This document shows positions 12,081 to 23,164 of a stretch of 34,363 nucleotides of DNA, piece after piece. The translations under genes and the position numbers were made by a program. Origin of the DNA: Octopus sinensis (Eukaryota). Where the stretch lies: NCBI RefSeq assembly GCF_006345805.1, contig NW_021831734.1:1-34363 (forward strand), read 5' to 3'. Within the stretch, counting starts at the first letter, position 1, and each line of letters begins with the position of its first letter. The notes under the pieces were generated by a model. It did no database searches and was not told where the DNA came from. It was given only the letters and a program-made list of their open reading frames with translations.

Positions 12081-13442
12081 CTGTAAATTTGAGAAGCAAG
12101 TTTTCTAATGGTAGGAGAGTTTATCAATGTTTGCAATGTTGGAGTTGATGTCATTAAAAGGTAATGTTCAATTGGGACACGAACCCACGCCACCTTTGTC
12201 AACATCACAACACGATAATTCTTTTACTCTAATTCACCTTACAAATATTAATGTCTATGTTAACATTTTTCTACATCGTCACTCAGTAAGTTTAACATTT
12301 TCTTTTACGAACATATTGCTAATTTTGTTTCTACTTTCTATAAATATATTTGTTATAAAATATCTGATTACAAAGCAAAAGAAATATTTAATAAAAAATA
12401 AATGGATTCGTATGAAATCATTACAAACGTAATGAACAAGCATATGGAAGAAATATGAAAGATATATATGCAAGGGAAGTACTGGGTCAGCCCACGGGAG
12501 TAAAAAACGCAATAACAATACTGATATGAGACTCAAGATAGATGAAGAGTTTTAAGGAGGAAATACAAATGCGGAAAATCATGGTTTGTAAGATAAACTT
12601 TCAAGGTATTTACAATCATAGACGCTAATGAATATTATTGAGGGAGTTGTTTACGATTTACATGAAAACCATTGTGTCTTGAAACATAGAAGTGAGTTTT
12701 CTATATTTTCCATTAAATTCAATAATATTATGGCATACTGCTACTTCTTTGAGCAGAAAAGTTATGAAAGAAAAACGATCTATTGGTCAATCACTTGTTT
12801 AAATACGTTTATACAAGACTTTCAGAAAAATATCGTCTCAGTACATGAATATCTATAATGGCTGGAGGTATTTCTGTTTCTAAAACGGCAGAAGATGTCT
12901 CATTCAGGCATTGGAGAAAAGGTGTAAATGTGTGAAGTAGAAATCAGAAGAAAGCAAAAATATTAAAAAATGGTAGATAGAAGCTTATTTATCGGAATTT
13001 ATAAACGAAACAGTAAAAATATCTTCGAGGAAGTAAGTTTAAAAGTTTAGATTTTCAAAATAGCCAAGAAATTCTTGATACCAAAAAATTTATTGTTGCC
13101 ATTGACACGACTATTGTTGTTGTTTTTGCTTGGATCTGATTGTTCATAAGCATTTATGCCGTGAACATTCCATTGTTTAGGCTAAGGTACGAACTAAGGT
13201 AATATTTAATGTTTACTATATTTATTTCGAGGACAGTGACGTGTGAATCGAGGGAAATTCAGCTGTTATTTCGATGAGACTGAGCTATCACATAGAGCCA
13301 CCTTCACTGGGGTTAATACTAGGTATAAGATGTAGAATATACTAAAGAGAACTAGAAAGGCATCACACTTGTGTACTGTCTTCATTGAAATGTATCCAAC
13401 GCGAGCAAGATGTAAAATAATTACAAGAAAAGATCTTGTACT

Positions 13443-13655
13443 GATTTCAATTTTTGGCACAAGGCCAGCAAGTTCAGGAAAGGGAATGAGTCGATTTCAT
13501 CGACCCCAGTACTCAACTAGTACGTCTTTTATCGACCCCGAAAGGATGAAAGGAAAAATCGACTTCGACAGAATTTGAACTCAGAACGTAAAGACGGATG
13601 AAATGCTGCTAAGTATTTGGCCCGGCGTTCTAACGATTCTGGTAGCTCACCATCT
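13443..13655 (-). mobile_element. tRNA-derived SINE, family B
   Basis: Reverse complement of the family-B core (atcgaccccgaaaggatgaaagg...gaatttgaactcagaacg) and head. Confidence 0.9.
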
Positions 13656-14863
13656 TTGAAAATGATCTTATATCAACAAGTATAACAATGTATTTATAGC
13701 TCGGTCTGTAGTTTGTGCTAAACAAGAATTAGTTGGGAAGAAACTTCAGGAGAAATAAAATAATTTTGTATAGACGGGGGAATCCTGGAGGGTGCAGAAA
13801 AAGAAATATATTGCGACATTTTAATGAGCGAACACTTCCAGAAAGACTAGAATAAGGACACGGATTTCAACCACAAGCATTAGCCAACCAGTTCTTAGAA
13901 TGGATTATATAATACAGATATTTTAAAAACCAGAAGGCCAAATATATCCAGAAATTTTAAGCAATCGCTAGGGTTTATTTTATGGTCTATAGAGATGAGA
14001 AAGTAGTCCTGTAAAGCACAGCCAGAGAAAATGGCTAAAAAAATTAAGAATAGAAAATAGAAAATAAATGAGGCTAACTTGAAATACGTGAAAAAGTGGA
14101 GAATGGAAAATGAAGATTATGCTACTTGTGACTGGTTGCAGAGGAGTAAGAGTGACTGCAGTTGAGTGATGAGTGAGCAAGTTCGTTAAGAGAAAGTGTT
14201 TGAAGAAATATGTCAACAGATATAAGAAGACTTTGTTATGGGAAAGTGAAAAGATGGGAAGAATGCTGTCTGGAAGTCTCCAAACAAACTGGATTTCCCC
14301 GAACTAAAGAGAATAAGATAGACTTTTGGAAGATTGGTTTCTTTTGGCTTACGATCGGAAACTACCAAAATAAATATAATGATGATAACGTCGACGATGA
14401 TGATATTAATAATCATAGTATTACTGCAACGTCCAGTACATAACTACAATCCGAAATTTTACAGCTACCGCCGCTACCACCACAACCACGACCATAACAA
14501 TAATCACTATGGAGAACTACCACTACTAACGCCACCACCACCGCCACCATAATGATGACCACGCTATCACTATAACACCATTACACCATAAGACCACCGC
14601 AATGCCACATCAGAACACCACAATCACCACCACCACCACCACCACAACCTGCTACAACTACATTATATCACAACAGCACACCACCGCTCCACCACCGTTA
14701 CACCAACGTACATCAATTACTCTCCAATATACAAGAGAGATCAGTGATGTCTGGGTGTGGAACTGATCGAGCGGAAACCGAAATGCCAACCATCCATGGA
14801 GGCATCAGTAAATATAGACGGGAAGTTAGCCCCGGGAAGTATACACGGACGGACACACACACA

Positions 14864-14918
<55 letters not shown>

Positions 14919-15206
14919 GCACACACACGCACATACGCACACACGCACATACATACACACACACTCGCAAACTCATGTATGTACATACACACTTGCACAT
15001 ATACGTTTAAATATAAAATATGTGCGCGTGCGCGTGTATACATGTTATATTTGCTTCTACGTGTGTTTGTGTGTGAATTCATGTGCAAATATGTGTACAT
15101 AGATGTATGTATATATGTGTATGTGTGCTTGTGCGTGTTCGTGGTATATGTGCGTGTGTGTATATACGTTATATGTATGTGTGTGTGCATATTTATTTGC
15201 ATATAG

Positions 15207-15420
15207 ATTTCAAATTTTGGTACAAGGCCAGCAATTTCAGGGTAGGGGTAAATCGATTATATCACCTCTTATGCGCAACTGGCACCTATTTTATCGAACC
15301 TCGGTAAGATGAACAGCAAAGTCTTCCTAGGTGGAATTTTAAACGCAGAACATAATGACGAACGAAATACCGCCACGCATTTCGCGCGGCGTGTTAAGAT
15401 TTCTATCAGCTCGCCACCTT
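15207..15420 (-). mobile_element. tRNA-derived SINE, family B (diverged)
   Basis: Collinear with 13443-13655, from aaattttggtacaaggccagc to agctcgccacctt. Confidence 0.85.
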
Positions 15421-15464
15421 AAACATTTAAATACATATGAACTCACAGAAACATTTTCAGCTAA

Positions 15465-15962
15465 TCTAACGAGCCGTTCGAGGACCGATGACACAAATAT
15501 ATCGTTGGCTGTCCAAACTGCAGAAGATGCAGTTTGGACAGCCATCATAAGTGAAAATAATATGGAATTCAACGCATTGATATTTCAGGTTTTTTCTTAA
15601 TGGATCAACAACACAATGCAGATTATTTTGTATCAAATAACACAACAATTCAATGCTATAATAAAATATAGGACTTAGGAGTAATGATGCCTGATGATGC
15701 GTCTTTCGTTGGGCACATCAACCACCTGACCTCAAACTGCAGACATCTCATCGGATGTAGACATCAAAATGCAGACATCTCATAACGAGACAACCAACAG
15801 TTAAGCCGAATCTATGGAAAAACCTTAGTTTTAAGTAGGCTAGATTACTGCTGACTGCTTTGGTTTCCACATGTGTTCAGACTCACATAATACATTGAAG
15901 AGTTAAGGGAACGTTCATAAATAAGATAACTTCAATTAAAGGATTTAATTACTGGGGTCGTT
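15465..15962 (+). mobile_element. Decayed CR1-like LINE RT fragment (motif 5 to thumb)
   Basis: TDDT (DD at 15487-15492), ENNMEFN, DLGVMMPDDASFVGHI, LWK-LVLSRLDYC*LLWFP, KGFNYWGRL, with stops and frameshifts. Confidence 0.8.
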
Positions 15963-15971
15963 ACAAATTCC

Positions 15972-16022
<51 letters not shown>

Positions 16023-16494
16023 TTTCCTTTGCGTCTAAAAATGCGACAATTCTGCTGGAAAAAGGATCTAGATTGTGACATTGTCTAGAATGGACGGTGT
16101 GAGGTGTAAAGTATATCCAGATTGTCAGAGTGCACCTTCTTACTGTCAGAGAGTGCAGTATGTATGAGGTGGGGTGCAAGAACTGAACAGACTGGACAAT
16201 GGAGAGAATGCAAAATGTCCAGACTCTCAATACTCTATATCATTCACCACTGCAGCATGGTCCTTGGTAAAATAGTCACATGATATAGTAGAACCCCACC
16301 CACCTTAATCTCTGGAAAGTGTCACCTAGACGTTATACCAACTTTGTACAGTAGAGTTGATTTTATCAGGGTTTAATTGGGGCTACATGCTAACAACCAC
16401 AACAAACTATGCTAATTTTAGATTCGGGATGACCTGAAGATGTGTGCCTTCTTTATAAAGTAAATACTCCTGGACGTTACTATCTGGAGTCCCT

Positions 16495-16696
16495 TGACTC
16501 ATGGGAGCGGTTACCTGGTTTCCGTTACGTTAAAGTGACCGACATTACAATATTCCCTATCCAACGCAGAGTTACTCGTTTACAGCTAAGTAGGTTTTGA
16601 GCTCAAAACACAATGCACAGGCCGATTCAGGAATCGAAACCACAATCTTGTGATCGAGAGTGCAACATCCTAAACACTAGGCTACGCGCCTTCACC
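16495..16696 (-). mobile_element. tRNA-derived SINE, a third family
   Basis: Minus strand gaaggcgcgTAGCCTAGTGtttagg (A-box-like), GGTTTCGATTCC (B-box), then gcattgtgttttgagc. Confidence 0.7.
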
Positions 16697-17240
16697 TTTG
16701 TCCAAACCGCAAGATATTGTGTTTCTGTTTTGTTTTTACATTCAGCTAACTGAATACCTTCGCAAAAAACTACGTAAGGAAATAAATCACTTAGGCTCAT
16801 TGAAGGCTCACATTAATATAGTCGTAAAAAGTGTTGAGAGTGTTGTGGCTTGTATGAGTTTGATCAGAGGTATACTTGAGCAGAAGCAGCCCAAAGATCA
16901 ACAAAAATACAATAGACCATTAAATATCTGCATTAAAATATTTTATGCAAACATGATTCGTTAGATGAAAGTATGTTTGTATTTATATGCACATACATAT
17001 AAGCTCATATATACGTAAACATACATGCGCGCGCGCGCGTGTGTGTGTATCTTATAATTTTACGAAAATAGAAGTGGCAGTGACTTCGGGCTTTCGGCCT
17101 GCTAACTTACATCGGACTGAAACTATCTCCATTACTCTAGTAAAATTATTATATGTACTCTTACATAAAGTGTTGAGTTTATTATAAACTCGACTTAAAA
17201 CAATATGTATATGTGTATGACTGTGTGCGTTTGTATACAT

Positions 17241-17605
17241 CCTTTATCTTTTACATTGAAGTCATGTTTGGGCATCGCCTTGAAGAATTTTCAGTCAAAT
17301 GAATCGACACCAATACTTTTTTTTAAGACTAGTACTTATTCCACCGGTTTCTTTCGCCGAACTGCTAATTTATTGGGACGTAAATAAACAAACACCAGTT
17401 GTCAAGCGATGTTGGGGAAGAAACACAGACACGGCGACACACACATATATATATGTGAGTGTGTGTATGTGTATACACGACGAAATTCTTTCAGTTTCTA
17501 TTTACCAAATCCGAGGCTACAGTAGGAGATACTTGCCAAGAGTGTTACGCAGGGAAACTGAACGCGGAACCATGTGGTTCTTGCCACAGAAACCTATACC
17601 TGCGC

Positions 17606-17607
<2 letters not shown>
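17241..17607 (-). mobile_element. tRNA-derived SINE, family A (diverged)
   Basis: Collinear with 10966-11363 with small deletions; head ends atacctgcgcct. Confidence 0.85.
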
Positions 17608-17683
<76 letters not shown>

Positions 17684-17685
<2 letters not shown>

Positions 17686-17875
17686 CGCCATGATAGATCG
17701 CTAGCCACTACACATTCTTTATTTCCTCTCCTTGTTTCTTTTTGTTCCTTTCTGTGGAAGAGCGTAGGCTCGAAACATTAAAGACTTTTTCACTTACCGA
17801 ACCTTATACTAATACATCTGTTTGTTGTCTACACCACCTGTCTTCGTCTTTTGTTTTTCTGTGAATTCTCCCTAT
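17684..17875 (+). mobile_element. Short PLE-like terminal remnant with degenerate hammerhead-like motif, between (TA)n tracts
   Basis: tctgtggaa-gagc-gtag-gctc-GAAACattaaaga at about 17751-17784. Stem II and GAAAC are intact; the CUGA box and cleavage triplet are non-canonical. Confidence 0.45.
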
Positions 17876-17883
17876 ATATATAT

Positions 17884-17937
<54 letters not shown>

Positions 17938-18312
17938 TGTTTGTGTGTGGTGTGTGTGTGTGTCTTTGTGTATATATATTTATATATTATGTTATATTAG
18001 AAGAAAAAGGACAACGAAAACCAAAGCAGGACGCGTATTTCAAGTCATGTAGAAAATTCGATCGATTACTTCAACATTAGGCATCGTTCAAAATACTGCC
18101 AAAATACTGCATGGATTTACCCGGGATCATACCAAAGGGTCTATACCTTCACGGAAGTACGGAACAACATCCTTAACCTCTGGAAAAAGATGAACTGTGA
18201 CCTTTTATTATCCTGTCTGTATTCTTGTATCCACTTTTACTCTTATTCTTCTATTTTATTCTTCATAAACAGTGAATTTCCCTGTCTAGAACTTTCATAC
18301 ATTCTCACTTTA

Positions 18313-18386
18313 TCTCTGATGATGGAATATCCAGTGTACAGACATGCTAGCCTATCACTTGGGATATCCCAGAAACAGCTGTAATA
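18313..18386 (+). ncRNA. Type I hammerhead ribozyme (core intact, stem I eroded)
   Basis: CTGATGA (18316-18322), long stem II tggaatatcc/ggatatccca, then GAAAC-AGCT-GTA (palindromic ACAGCTGT, GUA site). It probably lies within a PLE remnant at about 18000-18615. Confidence 0.7.
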
Positions 18387-18621
18387 CTTCAAATTCACCT
18401 ACCCTTCTAAATAATTTTAAATGACTTGAGATACTCGTCCGGCCTTAGTGTATTGTAGTTCTTTTTCCCTTATATATACCTGCTAACACAGAAGCCTAAT
18501 ATGGATCCCTAGCTCCAGCCTCGGTTGTGAATTTGGAAACTAACGGATGACTAATTATAGCACTTACTCAGCGTACTTGTTCCTTTAGATCACCAGTGAA
18601 CTAAACTCCTAATATTATATA

Positions 18622-18664
18622 TAGGCGCAGGAGTCACTTTGTGGTAAGTAGCTTGCTTACCAGC
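18622..18664 (+). mobile_element. Family A SINE head, interrupted by the 18665-20206 insertion
   Basis: aggcgcaggagtcactttgtggtaagtagcttgcttaccagc; the SINE resumes at 20207. Confidence 0.9.
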
Positions 18665-20206
18665 ATGCGTCGCTAGTTGGCCTGTTGCTTACAGAGAGAG
18701 AAGACGCGAGCTTTGGCTCCGTGAATAGAAAAAATAGAACAAAAAGATAAGTCGTCAAGGTGAGACAGTTATTATGTCTTTACTCTTGATGCCATCCCCG
18801 TCCTCCTAAAACCAACTATAGAAAAAGAACTGAAAGACTATTTGTCCTCTGTGAAATACATATCCCTCGGTGTCAAGCATGCAACCGTATGGTTGCTGTT
18901 TGACACTCCGGAGGGGGCTCGCAATTTTTCGAGCCAGCCTTTGGAAGGCAAAGAAATTCTGTTCCCCCCGTCGTACTGCGGGAGGAAATTAATAAGAGCC
19001 TGGGTATGTGGATTACCCCCAGGCACCGAGGTGGGTTGAATTGATAATACCATCCGACGAGGACTGGGGAATAACGGACCCGGGCTCTTAAATATATGGG
19101 TATCACCGGCGGTCGATTGGGAAGGGTCAAAAGTGATTTTGACCCCGTGGACCCCATCGGCCGCAACAGATCTGGTTTTCCAGATTTTTTTTAATGGCTG
19201 GCTGCAGGTATCCGATGATACTTGAGAGACGTCCCTCCAAATGTCAGTCGTGCCTGCAGCCAGGCCACATTAAAAAGAACGGCTCCCAGGACCATGGTAA
19301 GGTCCCAGAACAGTCACTGTAAGCTACCTCCCTACCCTGTCAAAGGAGAGTGGTGAGATGTGGTTGAGGAGGAAGAAAGCGGACAACAATGGTTGCCCGC
19401 CGAAGGACCTTAAGGCTTCGGGAGGTGGGCGAGAGACTCCGGACAAAGCGGAAGAGCTCCACACTCCCAAAGTAAAGAAGAAAAAAAAGAAAAAAGAAAG
19501 AAGAGCGGGCCATTTCAGGTGGACGATGATGTGCCGTCTGCATGTCTCGAAGATTTGCCACCCACGGTAGGAAGAAACGACCCTCACCCTTACAGATGAG
19601 AATTACTGATATTTTCTACAAGAGCGGGGAGGCAGAAAAAATAGTAGAACATAAAGAGATAGTAGATATGGCCTTCACACGGGATCCCGAATGGCCTCCG
19701 CAGATAGCTGTGGAGGTCATAAGGTTTTTCGAGTGGGAAAAGCTTTAAAAATTTAAAGAGGAATGTCGTATATGGCTGGGTGGCACTAACACGACATATG
19801 CCTCGTACATGAATGAGGCATGGGAAATGGCGGGTACAGGAACTCAAGCGGCATGAAGATAATGATGGATATTTGATGAATATATCGATGAGTAGGAGGT
19901 GAAAAGCCTCGTTAGGGTTTGAAACCTCATCTTATTGCATTATTTGCAGTGGTTTATAACCTCAATTGTGTTTTTTTTAAAAAAGAAAACATGTTAAGTT
20001 AGAGGTTTTTGTGCCTCCTTTTTGTAAGAGGTTTGAAACCGCATACTGATTAAAAAAAAAGAAAATATGTTTTTGAGAAAAATCCAATCGGTGGGTGTTT
20101 GGCTTCGTCTCTCATTTATTCATTTTATTTCATTTTCATTCATTAATGTGCTTGTCTAGCCCGCAGCTACTCTGTATACTGCCTTTATGGCAAATAAAAT
20201 GAAATA
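18665..20206 (+). mobile_element. ORF1-only L1/Tx1-like non-LTR element (HAL1-like), decayed, with 19-bp TSD
   Basis: TSD aagtagcttgcttaccagc at 18646-18664 and 20207-20225. The 3' end is ...ggcaAATAAAatgaaata. Disrupted ORF1: KYISLGVKHATVWLLFDT...IRAWVCGLP...KCQSCLQPGHIKKN (decayed CCHC knuckle), poly-Lys tract, WPPQIAVEVI. No EN or RT motifs seen. Confidence 0.8.
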
Positions 20207-20350
20207 AAGTAGCTTGCTTACCAGCCACATGGTTCTGGGTTCAGTCCCATTGCGTGGCACCTCGGACAAGTGTCTTCTACCATAGATTCGGGCCGACCAA
20301 AGCCTTGTGAGTGGATTTTGTAGACGGAAACTGAAAGAAACGTGTTGTGT
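20207..20350 (+). mobile_element. Continuation of the interrupted family A SINE (B-box and body)
   Basis: cacatggttctgggttcagtcccattgcgtggcacc...gtagacggaaactgaaagaa, then (TA)n. Confidence 0.92.
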
Positions 20351-20395
20351 GCATGTATATATATATATATTATATTATATATATATGTATATATA

Positions 20396-20451
<56 letters not shown>

Positions 20452-20666
20452 GTATGTATATATCGATAGGTAAATGAATTATCCTATGTTTACCGACAGC
20501 ATGGAAAATTCGATGAACCTACCAGGGTAGCAAATTCACGTCAGAAACACGGTTGAAGCGACCTGTGCAAGGGTAGAAATACCGGGTTCATGTGCAGAAA
20601 TTTGTGTGTTATATATGAATAAATAAATGAATGGAGTCGAACGAAGATGTTAACAAAACTCCTTTA

Positions 20667-20748
20667 CTCTCGACATATGTTTCGAAGACAACATGGTTTC
20701 ATTCCAAAGGAATAAAGGGTGCAAGATGTAATCTTCTCATCAGGAAAG
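20667..20748 (-). ncRNA. Type I minimal hammerhead ribozyme (intact core)
   Basis: Minus strand: ctttc-CTGATGA-gaaga...tcttc-GAAAC-ATAT-GTC-gagag. It has a 5-bp stem I (one GU pair), palindromic ACATATGT and a GUC site. Confidence 0.85.
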
Positions 20749-20786
20749 AAAGGGAGCCTCTCTCAACAACAAGACAAACAAAAATT

Positions 20787-21111
20787 GTCTTCTTCTATAT
20801 AGGAGCGTCCACTTCCTAGTTATCCAAGGGGATTTCAAACCATTTCACCATTCAGGGATAGTAAAAAACGACATAGTACAGGGCTAGGTAAATTAGTTTG
20901 GCGTCTTAAAGACAATAATATAGATTTTAAGTTAGATTGGTTCATACTGTCTGTATCCTTTCCTTTTGATAAGGGCAGGAGATTTTGTAACATTTGCAAC
21001 TCTGAACTCTTCCATATTCTCTTCTCTAAGGTTCCCCTTGTAAACACACTCATAGAAAAATCATGCAAATGTAAACACTGGCAGAAACATACTTTCTACT
21101 CATATAAATGA
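20787..21111 (+). pseudogene. Penelope-like GIY-YIG endonuclease C-terminal remnant
   Basis: FFYIGASTS*LSKGISNHF-/-FRDSKKRHSTGLGKLVWRLKDNNIDFKLDWFILSVSFPFDKGRRFCNICNSELFHILFSKVPLVNTLIEKSCKCKHWQKHTFYSYK*, with YIG, W-LK, CxxC-E and CKH motifs. Confidence 0.85.
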
Positions 21112-21603
21112 CAATGATAGTCACTGTGGTTTGAACAATTAGCTTAGCGTGCACTCTGCTTCAATAGCGAAATTCTTTCCTAAGCCTTCGAACATTCTTT
21201 TAATCAACGTACCCTTCCCTCTCCACTTGTTCCTTACCTATTATTCCTTTAACCCTTCTCTTCCTACTATCTAACTTTGACGTCAATTCTACTAACGTTT
21301 TTTTTTTTTAACACTTATCATCGTTTTGTTTACCATGTAGGCAGTCATCGCAATTTTTGTTTGTCTTGTTTTGAGAGAGGCTCCCTTTCTTTCCTGATGA
21401 GAAATATGTTTTGTCAGTGAACAGGTCGCGGTCTTAAAGCGACGAAAATATTTTGACAAATTAAACTTAAATGTTGAAGTGAATCGAACGGCTTTTGTGT
21501 GTTTCTTAAATGGCTTACAAACACCTTCCACGCTGCAATTGTTTTCGTTTCAGCACACGATCTCAGATCAAAACACTTGCTATGCAAGTACATCTCCGTA
21601 ATG

Positions 21604-21682
<79 letters not shown>

Positions 21683-21684
21683 AT

Positions 21685-21767
<83 letters not shown>

Positions 21768-21823
21768 GTATGTATATATATGCACGTGTATATATACATA
21801 TGTGTGCGTAAAATATGCCTATT

Positions 21824-21861
<38 letters not shown>

Positions 21862-22441
21862 TAGATAGATAGTTAGAGATAGATAAATATATATGTATTC
21901 ACATACACACACATATACACAAACACACACATGCGCACATTCATATATACTTCGAAACATACTCCTCCTCGCACATAATGTTTGTTCACAAACGATTGGC
22001 GAGGGTGTATATACAATACGGCTTGGAATCATTTCCTCTTCGTAATATTTATCTAAAGCTTTCTTAGCCGTAATTAATCTGAACGGATTAACAATAATCT
22101 CTTCCTATCCTTCGAAATAATCCCGTCTGAGACACATCGATGCATAATAACCGTCCACGTGCGTACTAATGTGTATGTATACACTCTCATTGGAGGCGAC
22201 TTATTCATTGTACTGTGGGGGAAACATATACAATCGGGCACGCGCGTACGTACACACACACACACACACGAACACACACACACACGCACATACAAATACA
22301 CACACACATTTAGACACATACAAAATGGAAAGAAGGAAAGGAAAGGAAAGTATATTTTACTTTCCGAGTCGTTTTCCGTTATGTATGTATGTACCTAAAT
22401 ATTTTTGTATATATTCATGTATTGATTAATATATATAGATA

Positions 22442-22522
<81 letters not shown>

Positions 22523-22546
22523 TATTATATATTATATATATATATA

Positions 22547-22635
22547 TATTATATAGAAGGAGCTTCTACAGGACTAGAACTGTTTCCTCTTGAATGAAAC
22601 AGTTCTAGTCCTGTAGAAGCTCCTTCTATATAATA
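22547..22635. repeat. Perfect 40-bp inverted repeat with 9-nt loop (start of a short element in (TA)n)
   Basis: tattatatagaaggagcttctacaggactagaactgtttc-ctcttgaat-gaaacagttctagtcctgtagaagctccttctatataata. Confidence 0.95.
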
Positions 22636-22704
22636 AATTAATTTTACTCTGCTATGTATTGAGTACCTTATTTACTGTGGTTAACCCCGAATCAACCCGG
22701 AACC

Positions 22705-22741
<37 letters not shown>

Positions 22742-22903
22742 ATATATACATATACATATATATAGATATATACATATATATGTATGTGTTGTGTATATAT
22801 ATACATATGGCGAGAGGAAGAGAGGGAGAGAGGAGAGAGGGAGAGTGAAAGAGAGAGAGAGAGTGAGAGGTGTTGAAAGAAAGATAGATAGATACATATA
22901 TTA

Positions 22904-23164
22904 TTCTCTTAGTTGTCTCAGTCATTTGGCTGCGGCCATGCTGGACCATCACCTTTTAGTCGAAAAAATTGGCCCCAGGACTTATCCTTTGTAAGCCTAA
23001 TACTTATTATATCGGTCACTTTTGCCGAACCGCTAAGTTACGGGGACGTAAATACACCACCATCTGTTGTCAAGCGATTTTGGGGTTGACAAACACAGAC
23101 ACACAAACATATACACACACATACATATATATATAAATATATACGACGAGCTTCTTTCAGTTTC
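22904..23164 (-). mobile_element. Family A SINE 3' half (its head is at 24921-24960)
   Basis: Reverse complement of the family-A body from gaaactgaaagaagc to the tail. Confidence 0.9.

Larger units (their letters stand above)
20470..21402 (+). mobile_element. 5'-truncated Penelope-like element with inverted 5' pLTR segment
   Basis: 20736-20787 is the reverse complement of about 21352-21402. Between them lie a GIY-YIG endonuclease C-terminus and a 3' UTR, and the inverted pLTR holds a hammerhead. Confidence 0.8.

Noticed and set aside
13700-14345. Possible RTE-type LINE remnant (also DRTLWR near 5190)
   Set aside because: The sequence is purine-rich and suggestive, but I could not recover any unambiguous RT motif.
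16600-16696. Possible tRNA gene (also the B-box at about 27444-27453 and the SINE heads)
   Set aside because: A/B boxes are present, but I could not build a full cloverleaf and there is no poly-T terminator; the sequence continues into a SINE body.
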